From positions 96,908,001-96,972,000 of the forward strand of contig CM052816.1 in the NCBI GenBank assembly GCA_028534125.1: a stretch of 64,000 nt of DNA, read 5' to 3'. This document shows, piece by piece, positions 25,494-38,705 of the stretch. The translations under genes were made by a program, and so were the position numbers. This stretch comes from Lama glama (taxonomy: Eukaryota). The notes below the pieces were generated by a model. It was not told the DNA's origin. It saw only the letters and a program-made list of their open reading frames with translations, and ran no database searches. The number at the start of each line of letters is the position of its first letter. The stretch's first letter is position 1.

Positions 25494-25639
25494 TTGAAAA
25501 TATGTTTTCTTAAAAACTGCAAAATCAAATGTTAACATAAAACAATTTAACCTGCTCAATAAATATTTTATGGGTTTTGGGGTATACTCATGTTTATTTT
25601 ATTTGCAAAAGTAATATATGATGTCATGCTATTTGTAAA

Positions 25640-27500
25640 ACAAGAGAACCATTCAGAATTTAAAACAGAATCCTTCTCCTTCATTCTCCCTGCTTCACTC
25701 AGCTGGGGAATTGTAATCACCCCCCAAAAAGGAATCATTCTTAACAGTGTCTATCTTTCCAGGCTAATCTATAGTATGTAAACATAGAGAGAGAAATTTC
25801 TTCTCTATCCCTTCTGACAAATTTCTTTGTTTACATCTAACTTAACAAAATGACTGCCTTCTTTTCAAAGTAGTGCATTCAGCTAAAAGTAGTGTGTTCC
25901 CGTTAAAATCTGTATAGTGTAACATAATTCATGCCCATGTACTCAAAATAGCCATCGCCTATTGACAAACATCCAGGTTGTTTCCAGTTTGTCACTAGCA
26001 CAAACCAGGTTCCAGAGGACTTTTTGTCCACCTGTGTTAGGGCTCATGGTTTATCCCTTCCATGTGAGGGATGCTGAAAGTGGAGGTGTTGGCCCCAGAA
26101 CACGCGCCCTTAACATCTGATAAGCACTACTGAATTGTTCGTTAAATGGTCTGTGAAAAGCTGTTAAAAAATGGAAGTGCTCATTTCTGCATTGCTTTAT
26201 TTTTCTATTTTTACCAATGTGATAGACTAATATAATATTGTATATAAATCATATATACATATATAATTGATTTTATAATTTGCTTCCCTGACTATGAGAT
26301 AAGATTGTCTCATTTCAGCTTCTTTTGTTGCATGCTTATTTATATTTTGAACACTTTTCTACATGATCATTTGTCTATTTTTATTGTGTATAAGGGATTC
26401 ATCATACATTATTGATATTAATCCCTTGCTGTGGTAAACGTTATGTGTGTGTCCATTAGATCAAAACTGCTCATTGTATTTACACTTCGGATTTTTTGCA
26501 AATGATTCCTTTGAATCCTGAATACTGAGGGTAATATTCATGTTGGATTGTAGATTTCTGCACGTAAGTCACACAAAGTTGGTTTCGCACAGGTAAGAAT
26601 CTTTATAGCAGGGGTAGGCTGTGTTCTTCATGGACTGTAATTTTTGTCTCCATTTGTCCCATTTAATGCTTTTCAGCTGAAATTCTGACTTTACAGCTGC
26701 CAGGCTTGCTATCTTTTTATTAACCGATTCCTGATAGATCTTTTTACCATACTCTAACGTTTCATTTTTATATAGTATAACTGTTCACAGTGTTGTCTCT
26801 GGAGTCAAGCTGTGGTTCAGTAACTGTGCTCCGCTCATACTGTCGTTTTGAGGATGAGATGAGATGGTCCATGCAGAAGTCGGTCTAGTGCTTCTAATAA
26901 ACTCAGCATACAGTGCGTCATTGTTTTATTTGTTTTGTATGTATCTTTGTAAATCGCTTTTAGCTGAATATTTATTTCAACTAAACTGGGAAGAAATATA
27001 CCCATTCAAATTTATGATGAAAACTAATATATAACCCTTTATATTCTTCTATTCGACTCACTTAAATGTTTAACAAAAACATTTAGACATACTTTTTACG
27101 TAACCCTGTGTGAGATCTCCCGGACTTGAAAAGGATAAATCAGTTACATACTTATATCCATCAATTTCTTCTCACTCCTCATGTGGTAAAGAAATCATCT
27201 GGAACTTTAAGTCTAAGTTATTCATTTTTTACATGTGCTTTGACATTCTTAAGAACTGTTTGTTATTAGTTGGCGTTTACATCATGGCTACATTTTTCAC
27301 AGTTGTGGAAGCATGAATCAATTTATTTCTTTTTATTCACCACTAGTCTTGAATACTGTATTTGATCATAAATTCTGATCTTTCCATCTTTGTAGTACAT
27401 TTGGTATTAATTTGTTCTTCTTTTTCAAGCTTTTTAAGGTGGAAACTTGAATTATTGTTCTGAAATATTTCTTTTTGAATGTAAGCACTTAGAATGATAA
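25640..27500 (-). mobile_element. Old L1ME fragments with an embedded MIR piece (~26780-26920)
   Basis: ctattgacaaacatccaggttgtttccagttt, gatattaatcccttg, ttttcaagctttttaaggtggaa. Confidence 0.55.
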
Positions 27501-27894
27501 ATCTGCTCCTAAACTTTGAATGTTTTAGGTTTAACAGGCCAAGAGGCAAAAATAAGGATATTCTGTAAGTGCTTACAGAACAATAAAATTTTTTACAAAT
27601 TTCTATCAATGAAATTAAAAATAGTACAATAACGATTGAATAATATTTTCATAATACAGGTCTACTAGTGAAAAGAATGGAATTCTGACTTGGGGGATCT
27701 TTCACTTAACTTGGGTTTCCTTATGACATGTCATTAAAATGAGAATAAGAACATGGCATTAGATTGATTGATTTGTGAGAAAGTGAGAGAGGTTGACTTG
27801 AAATTTCGGGGGTTGTGGCTACGAATCAGGACTGTACAGAGAGAGAAGGAAGGGAAAGGCCCATGTGCCTTAGAGCCTAGATGCTTCTCCAGCA

Positions 27895-28030
27895 CAGTCA
27901 TTCATTCATCCATTCAACAGACGTCTATTGAGGGCCACCGTGACCCCCGCACTATTCTCGGCACGTGGGGTGCGTCAGTGAGCAGTCAGCAGAGACAGCT
28001 CTTCTCATGGACCTAAGATTCTACAGGACA
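27895..28030 (-). mobile_element. L2 3' end
   Basis: cattcattcatccattcaacagacgtctattgagggcc. Confidence 0.75.
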
Positions 28031-28292
28031 ATATAATCAGTGTGTCAAGACCTAATACTTACTCAATAAACCCTATTGTTGAATTAGACTAGCTCACTTG
28101 TAACGGTCTCAAGATTTTTAGAAAACGTAAAAAAATGAAAGCAGGAAATATGCATGTAATTTATAGTGTTAATCATAACAGGAGATACCTAAAATTATCA
28201 AAATTCACCTGTAAGCATATCCTACTTGCAATCAAATAGAAATTTCAGGAAAGTTATCAGGTGACCATTGAGATATTTTTATACATTTGAAA

Positions 28293-28498
28293 TTTTTATT
28301 GAAATGTAGTTGATTTCCAATGTTGTATTACTTTCTTGTGTGCAGCATAATGATTCAATTATGCATATATATTCTTTTTCATATTCTTATTACAGGTTAT
28401 TACAAACCATTGAATATAGCTCCCTAAGCTATACAGTAGGACCTTACTGTTTATCAGTTTATACATAGTATTTTGTATCTGCCAATCCCAAACTTCCA
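28293..28498 (-). mobile_element. L1 3' tail
   Basis: tttttattgaaatgtagttgattt...gctatacagtaggacctt...ccaatcccaaact. Confidence 0.85.
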
Positions 28499-30984
28499 AT
28501 ATAAATTTAAAATTAATTTCTTATATATTATCTTAATTATTTTTGTTAAAATATGACAGCCTATGGAGCCTAACTAATATATATTGGTTTCAACTTAAAA
28601 TCCTTGATTTGATCCTGTGTTTAGGTAATAAATGAAATGAAACCTTCAACTTGTTTTTGTTTGCATGAACTAAAAATCAAAATAACTTATTTTTATATAA
28701 AAATAATAAGAAATATGAAATTAAATCCATCTGAACCTTTGCGTGAAATTGAGATTGAGATTAAGGGGTTATGAAGGTGAATATGGAAAGATCAGTGTGA
28801 AAATCCCTGTCATTCTTAAATTAAGGTCACAAATATTCTGCCATAAACTGACATGTAAGGTGAGACTATCATTCTATTGAATAATACAATAAAAATTCAT
28901 TCATAATACTAACCTGAGCAAGCATATTATTAGCTCACTGAAAGTTGTCACTATTTTTATCTTAAAGCTTTTTCTACATATAGCTGTATTTTTATTTTGT
29001 TGAAGCCAATACTTTTAGGAACAATATTATTTTAACAAGTATATTATAAAATAGGGACAATTATGATAATAGCATGTGCTCATCTAGGAACTTTTGCATA
29101 AAATTATGTATTACTACACAAAACGATCTGTTTAGACTCAACGACATGAATATCTTCACAAATTATAATTGGAAGCAGGAAAAGTAATCTAGAACATTCT
29201 CTACCAGGCCGCTACATACACACACCCCCAAAATAAGTCACACGGGGCTTACTCAAAAGATAATTTATGGTCATAAACAACATTTTGACCTGATTTATCT
29301 GGCAACATTTAAAAAATTAAACCCAATGTAATTACAGTTAAAATTTGTTTTTAAAAGAGTCAACAATTCTTTGTGGAATTTTATATGCTTTTTAACTGTG
29401 TAGTTTTATACTTCCTCTAAAACATGAGATGAAATGGAAATGTTCAAAGATATAGATGTGTCATTATCAAAACGGTCCTTACCCTTCTCTTTCCTAGGAC
29501 TGATAAGGATGATTGAAACCTAGAGACCTTCCTTAGGCTTCTGAAGTTTACCCAGATAGTGTTTTTCCTTGTACGTGTTCATCTTGTCTGTGGTGTCAGA
29601 TTTCTTTATCGGGTCCCTAAGATGAGCCTGGGTGAGATCCTGAGACTCAGGATAGCAAGACCCACAGGGCTTACAGATGCTCCTGATCCAGGGTGCACTG
29701 AGGGGTGCTGTGTATCCACCCCCATGTGCTGCGTGTTATGAAGGCAGCAGGCTGCACCGAGGCAGAGAAGAAGAGGAAGAGGCGATGCTGGAATGACCAC
29801 ATGCCTCCCTGGTGGATGCTCTGGGCTGGGCTACGCCCCTAGCACAGGGGGAAGCCAGAGGTAGAAGGTTTTCAATCAAGGGTGGAAAATTAAAAGAGAT
29901 TTAGCCTCTGTGACCTTTGGTAAATAACCTCTTTAAATATGACAAATATGGTAAATTTGCTAAATACATCTCTTTAAACTCAGTTTCCTCAACATTTTGT
30001 ATGCATGTTAGCTTGGAACGTTATATGGTAACTTTAATTAATGTTATTTGCTTATTATTTCATTTTCATTCCTTTTCCCTCTCTCCTTTTGAACTCATAT
30101 CCTCTCACCTCCACTCACACTTTACCAGCTCTAGTTTTCAAAGAATTCATGGGATGTGACCAACAAGCCTTCCACTTTCTAAGCTCCTTTGCGGAGAGCT
30201 AGGTCACACCAAGAGATGGCCTAATCCAGGACCTATGCTCTATGCCCTGTGCCCTGTGGAAACTAAACTTTGAATCCAGTCTTTCCCTGTAGTCAGTTCC
30301 ACAAATGGTTCAGAAACACTGCAGGCTTCACAACCCAGAAGTGGAACGTATGAACTATAAGATGCTGCCAAAGGTAATACTTCCAACGCACACAGAATAA
30401 ACCAGCAGGGGGACTGTGGTCACTGGGGACTTTTACTGTCCTGATGAAGGTACTTTGCTGTGAAGTGTTGATTAGACTGCCCAGGGGAATTCAGGTCCAT
30501 CACGTTTGTAACTATTAACCTTCAAATTGTAAGTTTCAAGTGAACAAACTCTCCCACTCCACTGGCTGGAACTGTTCAAATTTTACAGAGACAAGGAGCA
30601 GAGGAGACATCAGAAGTGACAATTTCAATTTCAACAGGGAGGAAAATATTTAAATAAGGAGAGGGTGCTCTTCCAGGAATCATGTCCTCATAAGTTCTCT
30701 CTTTGTGACAGACTTAGGAGATGGACAAAGAAAATGCACTCCCATGCCTTGGTTTCAGTCCAGGTGATCCGCATGACCCCTGGGGACCCCAGCAGGCATA
30801 GAACAAGTCAGCCTCCCTGAGAGCAAGGCCTCCGGAAAGAAGTAACATAACTAATGGCACTCTACCCTGGTATATGTCTGTCCGCTTTCTACTCCATGGT
30901 CCCCTCCTGCTGACAGACTCAGAAGCTGGAACTGTGGAGGGTCCTCACGCAGTCTCTGCAGCTGACACTGCAGATGAAATCTCC

Positions 30985-31160
30985 GTTCATCACCTCCGGA
31001 TGTGACCTGGGGCCCTTTACTAAGGCTCCCCGTGCCTCAGCTTTGTCGTCTCTAAGACGGGCGCAGTAAGTATTATCCATCTTCTTGTGGGACCATGAGA
31101 ATTATAAGTAAATGTATTTAAATGCTAAGACCAGTGATTGGGATATAGTTAGGAGTGGTA
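30985..31160 (+). mobile_element. MIR SINE
   Basis: tgtgacctggggc...gtgcctcagctttgtcgtctctaagacggg. Confidence 0.7.
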
Positions 31161-31304
31161 AACCACTGTAATTGCTTTTCACAGGTATTACAACTCCTGG
31201 TACTTTGTCTGAAAAAGAATAATTTAGAAGATAAACCAAAAGCAGTGTCTTCAAAGGCATTGACTTAGATGCCAGAATGTAAGACCAGAAAGGACCCTAG
31301 ACAC

Positions 31305-31625
31305 TACCTTAACTATCCAATATGGCGGCCACTAGCCACATGTGGTCATTAACCACTAGAAATGTGGCTGATCTGAACTGAGATGTAATCTAAGTGTAGA
31401 CACTCACCAGATTTTGAACACTTATTACAAACAAAAGAATAGAAAAAATCCATTTAATAGTTATTTTTAAATTAATTGCATGCCAAAATGATAATGTCTT
31501 GGACATATTGAGCTGAACAAACTATATTATTAAAGTCAATTTTACCTATTTATTTTTACTTCTTTTAATGTGGCAACTAGAATATTTTAAATGTGGCTAA
31601 TATTATATTTCTACGGGGCCACACT
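31305..31625. mobile_element. hAT-Charlie MITE (MER33/MER3-like), inside a MIR
   Basis: tccaatatggcggccactagccacatgtgg...aaatgtggct...ttttaatgtggcaactagaa. Confidence 0.85.
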
Positions 31626-32360
31626 AATCTGGAACAGTGTCCTCATTTCATAGAATAGGAAGCAAGGAGACAAACATAGGATGTTTTGTGAACAAAGTCC
31701 CACAGTAAGTTAGTAGTGGGGTCAGTCTGGAATTAATAGTGTCTTGGTGTCAGGTCAACACATTTCTTACTACACTGTGACCTCATCTACAGAGACCTTC
31801 TTCCAGAATCCAAATGGAGAAATGTTCTTGGAAAATTAAGCAGAAAAAAATAAGCAGAATAGACTGGGTTTACTGTGTCTTTTTTGACTGGATATTCTTG
31901 ATTACTTTTCTCTCCTATAACTCATTGTTTAATTTCTAATTTTACACATACATTGGAAGGCAGGAAGAAATTGTCATTCTCAACTATGCCACAATTTGAA
32001 AAGACACTGAATTTTCTATAAATGTCTTCTGAACTTTTAGCTTCAATAAAAAGAGACTCTCTAACCTTTTTATTATCAAAGCTGTAACCCTCTGTAACAC
32101 CAAGCTGTGATGAGTCTATAGACAAATGGCGAAAAAAGAGGCTTCTATCATCGTCTATTGGGTTCAACAGTCCCTGAACCCTCCAGATAATAAAGAAACT
32201 TAAACATCTCTCACACGCCTGGGCTCACGTGAAGACAGTCACTCCAAGCACATGTTTCAGGTTGGATGGCCTTGCTCACAGTCTGGCCACACAGCAAGAC
32301 TAAACTAAATAGAACATGCAAGTATCACACCATGGGATGTGAGAACTGCCCCCAGATTAC

Positions 32361-32460
32361 CTCAGTGATTCAGAAAGACCTGAGCTCTTTAAACTGGAGT
32401 CTTCCTCTGCTTCCAGGGAGGTGACTTTTTATTTGGCGGGTCCCTAAAGGCAGAGAATAC
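32361..32460 (-). other. Candidate 100-nt non-coding exon
   Basis: tttccctcctttcag| ... GAG|gtaatc; stops in all three frames. Confidence 0.3.
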
Positions 32461-33068
32461 CTGAAAGGAGGGAAATTGTCTATGACTGGCCATCCTGGGT
32501 CAGGAATCTTGAGTTAAGTCCACCTGGACGGCTCACTAACCAGATTACAGGAAGAGCCTCAGGTGGGCATCCAAGAGTCTGAAACAAAGGTCCTTCCAGC
32601 CATGGGTGGAGAAGCCATGGATGAGGGATGAAGTAGAAAAGGTCTTCATCAGGCAAAGCCTCCTCGTTCAAAGTGGTAATTTGAAAGGGCTGGGGCAGTC
32701 TCGAGTTAAGAAGTTCGTGGGATCTGGGAAGGGCCCTCACCACCTGTGGGTGAATCTCAGCTTCACAGAATTTGGGCTGAAGTCCTCCTTACAGTGGGCT
32801 CCTGCTGAACTAGGGGATGGTCTGCGCAGGAATAGGGACATGGTGGGTGGGCCGCAGGTGCTGGGATGGAGAGTGTCCAGTATACACCAACATTCAAGAA
32901 ATAAGCCATAGAGAGAACTCATCACATATTTTGCCTCCAGAGGACGCTGGGGTCACTTGGACTTCCAAGAATACATGTATGATGGAAGGAACAGAGGCCA
33001 AGGACCTTGAAAGATTGACTTTGATGTACCCTTTCATGGACAACTAAGTGTTCAGGCCCATTCCTTAC

Positions 33069-33113
33069 CTGGACTCCCTTTCCAGTGCCCTCAGTAAAGC
33101 AGTCATTCCAGGG
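33069..33113 (-). other. Candidate 45-nt exon
   Basis: CAG|gtaagg donor; weak acceptor ttttaaaaacag. Confidence 0.2.
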
Positions 33114-33300
33114 CTGTTTTTAAAAGTTCCCAATCAGGTAAGATAGTCTATTCTATTTTTATAAAAGGTTTAAATATTAGAAAAGCCTGCAAGTTGCTGG
33201 TTGCATTCCAAGAGTGTAATACTATGAATCTCCAATTTTCTCAAAATCGTATTTAGCTACATTCTATCCATGATACTATACAGCATTAAATTGTCCACTG

Positions 33301-33800
33301 NNNNNNNNNNNNNNNNNNNNNNNNNNNNNNNNNNNNNNNNNNNNNNNNNNNNNNNNNNNNNNNNNNNNNNNNNNNNNNNNNNNNNNNNNNNNNNNNNNNN
33401 NNNNNNNNNNNNNNNNNNNNNNNNNNNNNNNNNNNNNNNNNNNNNNNNNNNNNNNNNNNNNNNNNNNNNNNNNNNNNNNNNNNNNNNNNNNNNNNNNNNN
33501 NNNNNNNNNNNNNNNNNNNNNNNNNNNNNNNNNNNNNNNNNNNNNNNNNNNNNNNNNNNNNNNNNNNNNNNNNNNNNNNNNNNNNNNNNNNNNNNNNNNN
33601 NNNNNNNNNNNNNNNNNNNNNNNNNNNNNNNNNNNNNNNNNNNNNNNNNNNNNNNNNNNNNNNNNNNNNNNNNNNNNNNNNNNNNNNNNNNNNNNNNNNN
33701 NNNNNNNNNNNNNNNNNNNNNNNNNNNNNNNNNNNNNNNNNNNNNNNNNNNNNNNNNNNNNNNNNNNNNNNNNNNNNNNNNNNNNNNNNNNNNNNNNNNN
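33301..33800. other. Assembly gap (500 N)
   Basis: N run. Confidence 1.
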
Positions 33801-34119
33801 CGTTCATAGTCATTCTGTCGGCTCACTGCAGGTTTCTGCAGGATATTGTCTGAAACAATCCTCCTAGTCAACTAAATTGTGACGGAGGTCAATCTGAAGC
33901 CAGCATGTGAAAATTAAGCTTCTATAAAATATGCCAGTAGCAATGAAAGAAGATGGAAAAGTAGTAACAAAGGATGATACAGGATTTTCAAGGTTCAGAT
34001 CTCCATTAAAACTTACAAAGCCATGTAAGGTTGTAAGAGGTGGCATGGGGTGGTGACTAAAAGCAGGGGTTCTAGAACTAGCTCTCCATATTTAAATTCT
34101 GGCTGCAGCCCCCAGTGAT

Positions 34120-34390
34120 CCTGTTAGATTTCAGAATTATTGTGGACCAATGAATTGTGTGTGTCTCCCATTGTGCCCCTTTTTGAATGGGAGAGTCTAT
34201 GGGAGCTAACCTATATTTGTTTTTCCTTTGCATTTTGGGTGCTTGGTAGGAGAAGATGGAGAGAAAGTAACACTTCAAGTTAATTAACAGGTCTGTAGAT
34301 AAGGAGGTACTGTTCTCTAAGACTGTGTTCCAGGAAACACACCTGCCTCATGTACACCTGACCTGGTTCATATGATCAGATCCTGTGTAC
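34120..34390 (+). mobile_element. MaLR internal (MLT-int) fragment
   Basis: tgtgtctcccattgtgcccctttttgaatgggagagtctat...acaggtctgtagataagg. Confidence 0.5.
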
Positions 34391-34538
34391 CCTTGTAAGC
34401 TCTGGACAAAGAGGTGAAGAAAACCTGATTTACATATTACACTTTTTCTCAGGTACTTGTCTCACTGACATTAAACAGCCTTATATATGGATTAAACCTT
34501 TTAGCTTATTAAAATTTTCCTTCTATTTTTGACCAAGG

Positions 34539-35595
34539 TTTATTTTATTTTTATTGAAATATAGTTGATTTACAATATTGTATTAGTTTCAGGTCTACAA
34601 CATAGAGATTCAATATTTTTATAGATTATACTCCATTTAAAGCTATTACAAAAAAAAATGGCTATATTCCCCTATGCTGTACAATACATCCTTGTTGCTT
34701 ATCTATTTCACACATAATAGTTTGCATCTTTTAAACCCATACCCCTCTCTTGCCCCTCTCTCCTTTCCTCTTCCCACTGGTAACCACTAGTCTATTTTCC
34801 ATATCCGTGAGCCTGTTTTCTGTTTTATTATATACATTTGTTTGATTTCTAAGATTCCACATACAAGTGATAACATAAGATATTTGTCTTTGATTTATTT
34901 CACTAAGCAGAGTACTCTCTAAGTTCATCCACATTGTTGCAAACAGCAGAGTTTCATTATTTTTTATGGCTAACTCGCATTCTATTGTGTATACACAGCA
35001 CATCTTCTTTACCCATTCATCTGTTGATGGAAACCTGGGCTGCTCCCGCATCTTGGCTATTGTAAATAGTGCTACTATGAACACTGGGGTGCATGTATCT
35101 TTCAGAATTAGTATTTTCATTTTTTCAGGTATAGACCCAGGTGTAGAATTGCTGGATCATATGACAGTTCTATTTTTAGTTTTTTAAAAACTTCCATACT
35201 GTCTTCCACGGTGGCTGCACCAACTCACATTCCCACCAACAGCGTACAAGGGTTCTGTTTCTCAACATCCTCCCCAACATTTGTTATTTGTGTTCATTTT
35301 GGTGAACCATTCTGACAGGTGAGAGGTGGTATCTCATTATGGGTTTGATTGGCTTTTCTCTAATGATTAGCAATGTTGAGCATTTTTTATATGCCTGTTG
35401 ACCTTCTGTCTGTCCTCTTTGGAAACGTGTCTATTCAAGTCTTCTGCTCACTTTTAATCAATTTTTTAAAATACTGAATTGTGTGAAGTGTTTCTATATT
35501 TTGGATATTAACCCCTTATCAGTCCCATAATTTGCAGATATTTTCTCCCCTTCAGTAGATTGTCTCTGCATTTTGTCGACAGTTTCTTCTGCTCT
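34539..35595 (-). mobile_element. L1 ORF2 end and 3'UTR
   Basis: Poly-T start; ORF 34731-35120 KDTCTPVFIVALFTIAK...PSTDEWVKKM is an L1 ORF2p C-terminal remnant. Confidence 0.95.
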
Positions 35596-38059
35596 GTCCC
35601 GCACCAGCTGGCCTCCTGTGTCCTCCTGTTTTCACCCAGGACTGTCTTTTCCAGCACAAAGTCCCAAAGCAGAAAGAAATACATCTGCTTAGATTACCTT
35701 GAGTGAGAACCAAGGAAGTGTAAAACAGCACAAATATTTATTTCTTCCAGTTTGAGGAAGACGCCAATATCTCAGAGTTTGTAGCAGAAACCAGAGCCCT
35801 GATTTCCCAACAGTCACTAGTCAAGAAGTGTCCAGAACAAACAACGGCACATGTAACACTAAATTCAAGGCCTTCCTCAGTGTCCTAGAGGCAAGCTGTC
35901 CAAAAATAACCTGGGCGCACACATAGAGACAAGAGGCCCCTCCTGCGAGGCCTGTCGGAAGTTGTTGCTTCTACAAAGGAAAACAGTATGTGTTTGACTT
36001 TGAGTCAGAAAACCTGATATTAAGCTTTAACTATATGGTTGGGTTCCTGTAGAATCTTAAGATAACAACTTAAGCTGAAAAATCCAAATTTTTATGCAAG
36101 ATGTATTTGTTTCTTTGTAGTGGCATGCAAACAAACTCAGGCATGCAAAAAAGAAAAAACTGTGCAACCTTACCTTTCTTTAATCAAAGAAGCTCAAGCC
36201 CCGCCCCCTCCTCATGTCAGAAAATTTAATGTAGTTAGCTCCAGATAAAGCAAGATATTCCCTTTAAATTCTTTCTCAGGACCTGCCAGCGCCTGGTCCT
36301 GAGGGCAGTGCTTACAGCCTGGGGTTCACAAAGAGCCTGGCCTGAGACTGGGATGGGAGTTAGGTCTCAGGAGCTGGATCACAGCCACTGCATTCTGTTG
36401 GTTACACAAGTAGGCCCCCAGGATGTGACCCTCAGGCACTGTGGTTCACTGGGGCCATCTGGAAGAGTAGCTACAAGAAAGTTAGTATTCACATTGTAAA
36501 GGGAGGTGGGCAAAAAAGTAGGACATCACAATAAAGGGTGTAGAGAAACCTGGGGCCCTATCTCCTCTGAAAAAGAGGGATGTTTGTTACTCAGCAGGTG
36601 AAGCAGTGATGACAAGATAAGGTGGCTGATTCTCATTGCGTGGTCACATAGGAAGCCATTTTAATTTAAAGAGGGGATTCACCTATTTTTGTAATATTTG
36701 TTCATTTTGGATTGGAAAGGAAGAAAGGAAAGTCAGAAGGGAACATTTCTATTTATTTTAAGGAAAACTTTATTATAAACTCCTCCCCAGTAAAAGACAA
36801 AATAATTAAAATATTTCTCTAGCTCCACAGACTAAAGTTAACACTACTTATTAACACTAGGAAACATCAAGGACAATTGGGTTGTCATCAGGAAATGATG
36901 GGTCAGATCAGGGATCAGAGTGAATAAGACCCTTGAATAGTCCCAGCAATCAAAAAAGCTAGTAACCGACTTATCTGGAAACCAGAAATGTCATTTGCCT
37001 CTATTACAGATCAGGAAGATGTCTTCTTGAGATGTTGTAAGATGCACTGCCTGGTACAAATTATCCACAATGAATGAATCCATTTCTCCCTGCTTTCTTC
37101 ATCTTTTGGTGATTACTAGACACAGGAATTGTGCCAGAAACCTCAAAAAGTCCCATGGCCTTGTGTCAAAACCCATAGGTATCTGAATTCCCATAATTAC
37201 AACTGAATGTCAAGAGAAAAAGAATAATTCCAAAAATGGTCTAAAAGCACCTCCTGTTTAACTTGACTGCCAGACAGATCGGCTTGCCTCCAGCAGAACC
37301 AAAGCCACTGTTTCAGGAAGCAAGGCAGCTGCTGACTAATACAAAACAACCCATATGAGAGTTTAAGACAGGAAAGAAAAATTCCCATGTGGTTGGATTC
37401 CCAGGAAGGAGACCCTCCCAGAGCAGAAGGAACGATTCCAAACTCTGGAGAAGAGCCAGTAAAGGCAGAGGCTCCAGGAAGAGCAGAGGTTAGATGCTCA
37501 GGGGGGATCTCAGGCATGGGAAAGCCCACCAGCCCCCGGGCCCAGCCAGTGGGGGTCTCTGGCTGGGGGGGGGTGTCTTTGCCACCTGCTGGGACACTGA
37601 AGACCCAGGAAAGTGCAGCAATAAGCACCAGGGCAAGGGGATGTTGCAAACATGCACAGAAGTAAAATCATCTGAGGATGAGCCAGTTCATGGACGTGTT
37701 TTCAGGGGGTGAGACTCAACCTGGATTTGGAGATACATGATAAGAAAGTGAAATCATTAGATTACTCACAAGCCACATACTTAAGATTTTTCTTTTTCGC
37801 TGTATCAGGAAGTCTGAAATGAGTCCATCTATACATTATCTGTTTCTAACTAACTCTGTCTTGGGGCAGTTTAACAAACAGGAATAGATATTTGAGGAAA
37901 GTCAACACTTCTCTACCTGAAGGACAAGAAGAGAGGCCAAAGGCAGGGCAGGAAACAAAAAAGTCCTCTCTGTGTTGGGTGAAGGCAATGCTTTACGTCA
38001 CCTTCCAGGGAGGGATGTGCAGGGGTTCTGATGCTGTCAGGGCTTGGTCACCCTCATTC

Positions 38060-38705
38060 TGTTATCAAACTCAGGTTTGGCCGCTTGTTGCTCAAGAATC
38101 CAATACTGAAAGACAAGTGCTGGGTAAAAGGAAAGAGAGCTTTATTGAGGAAGCCAGCAATCTTGGGAAGAAGGTGGACTCATGCCCCAAAGAACTAACT
38201 CCCATGCCCCAGGTTTTGCTCAGAGATTATATAGGGGAAAGAGAAAGGGGCTGTGTGCTGAGGACAGGGTTGCTGGGTGTGTGATCAGCTCATGGACATT
38301 TTTTGGATTGGTTTGTGGTGAGATTATCAGTAGTCAATATCATTAACCTGCTGCTTCCAGTTGTTCTGGGGTCTATGTGCTTGTGGGCAGCAAACAGTTA
38401 ACTTCTGTTACCTGGTGGGGGTTTCAGTGTCTGCAAAACAGCTCAAAGGACATGGCTCAGAACATTATCTATCGTCCTTGAGGAGGAACTAAAAGTCTTT
38501 GACTTTGTTTAATGGCTAAACTATTATATTGTCTTGCTTGACAGTTTTCCTTTGTTTCTGCATTTTCTCATTTCTCCGATTAAATTTATTCTTTGGAACT
38601 TGGGGAAGCTTTAGGAGGCTAAAGTTTTTCTACAAACAAGAGGCAGATGGAGGACATGGGGGATGTCTGTCCCAGGAAGTCTCCACTGGGTCGTGATCAG
38701 TTACA
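38060..38705 (-). mobile_element. ERV1 solo LTR
   Basis: TGTTATC...GTTACA; tttatt at 38141 (minus-strand AATAAA); flanks attc/atgc. Confidence 0.8.

Noticed and set aside
37197..37649. 150-codon minus ORF with a signal-peptide-like N-terminus and a hydrophobic segment
   Set aside because: Starts at TTG with an in-frame stop seven codons upstream and no ATG before the hydrophobic leader; no recognisable homology
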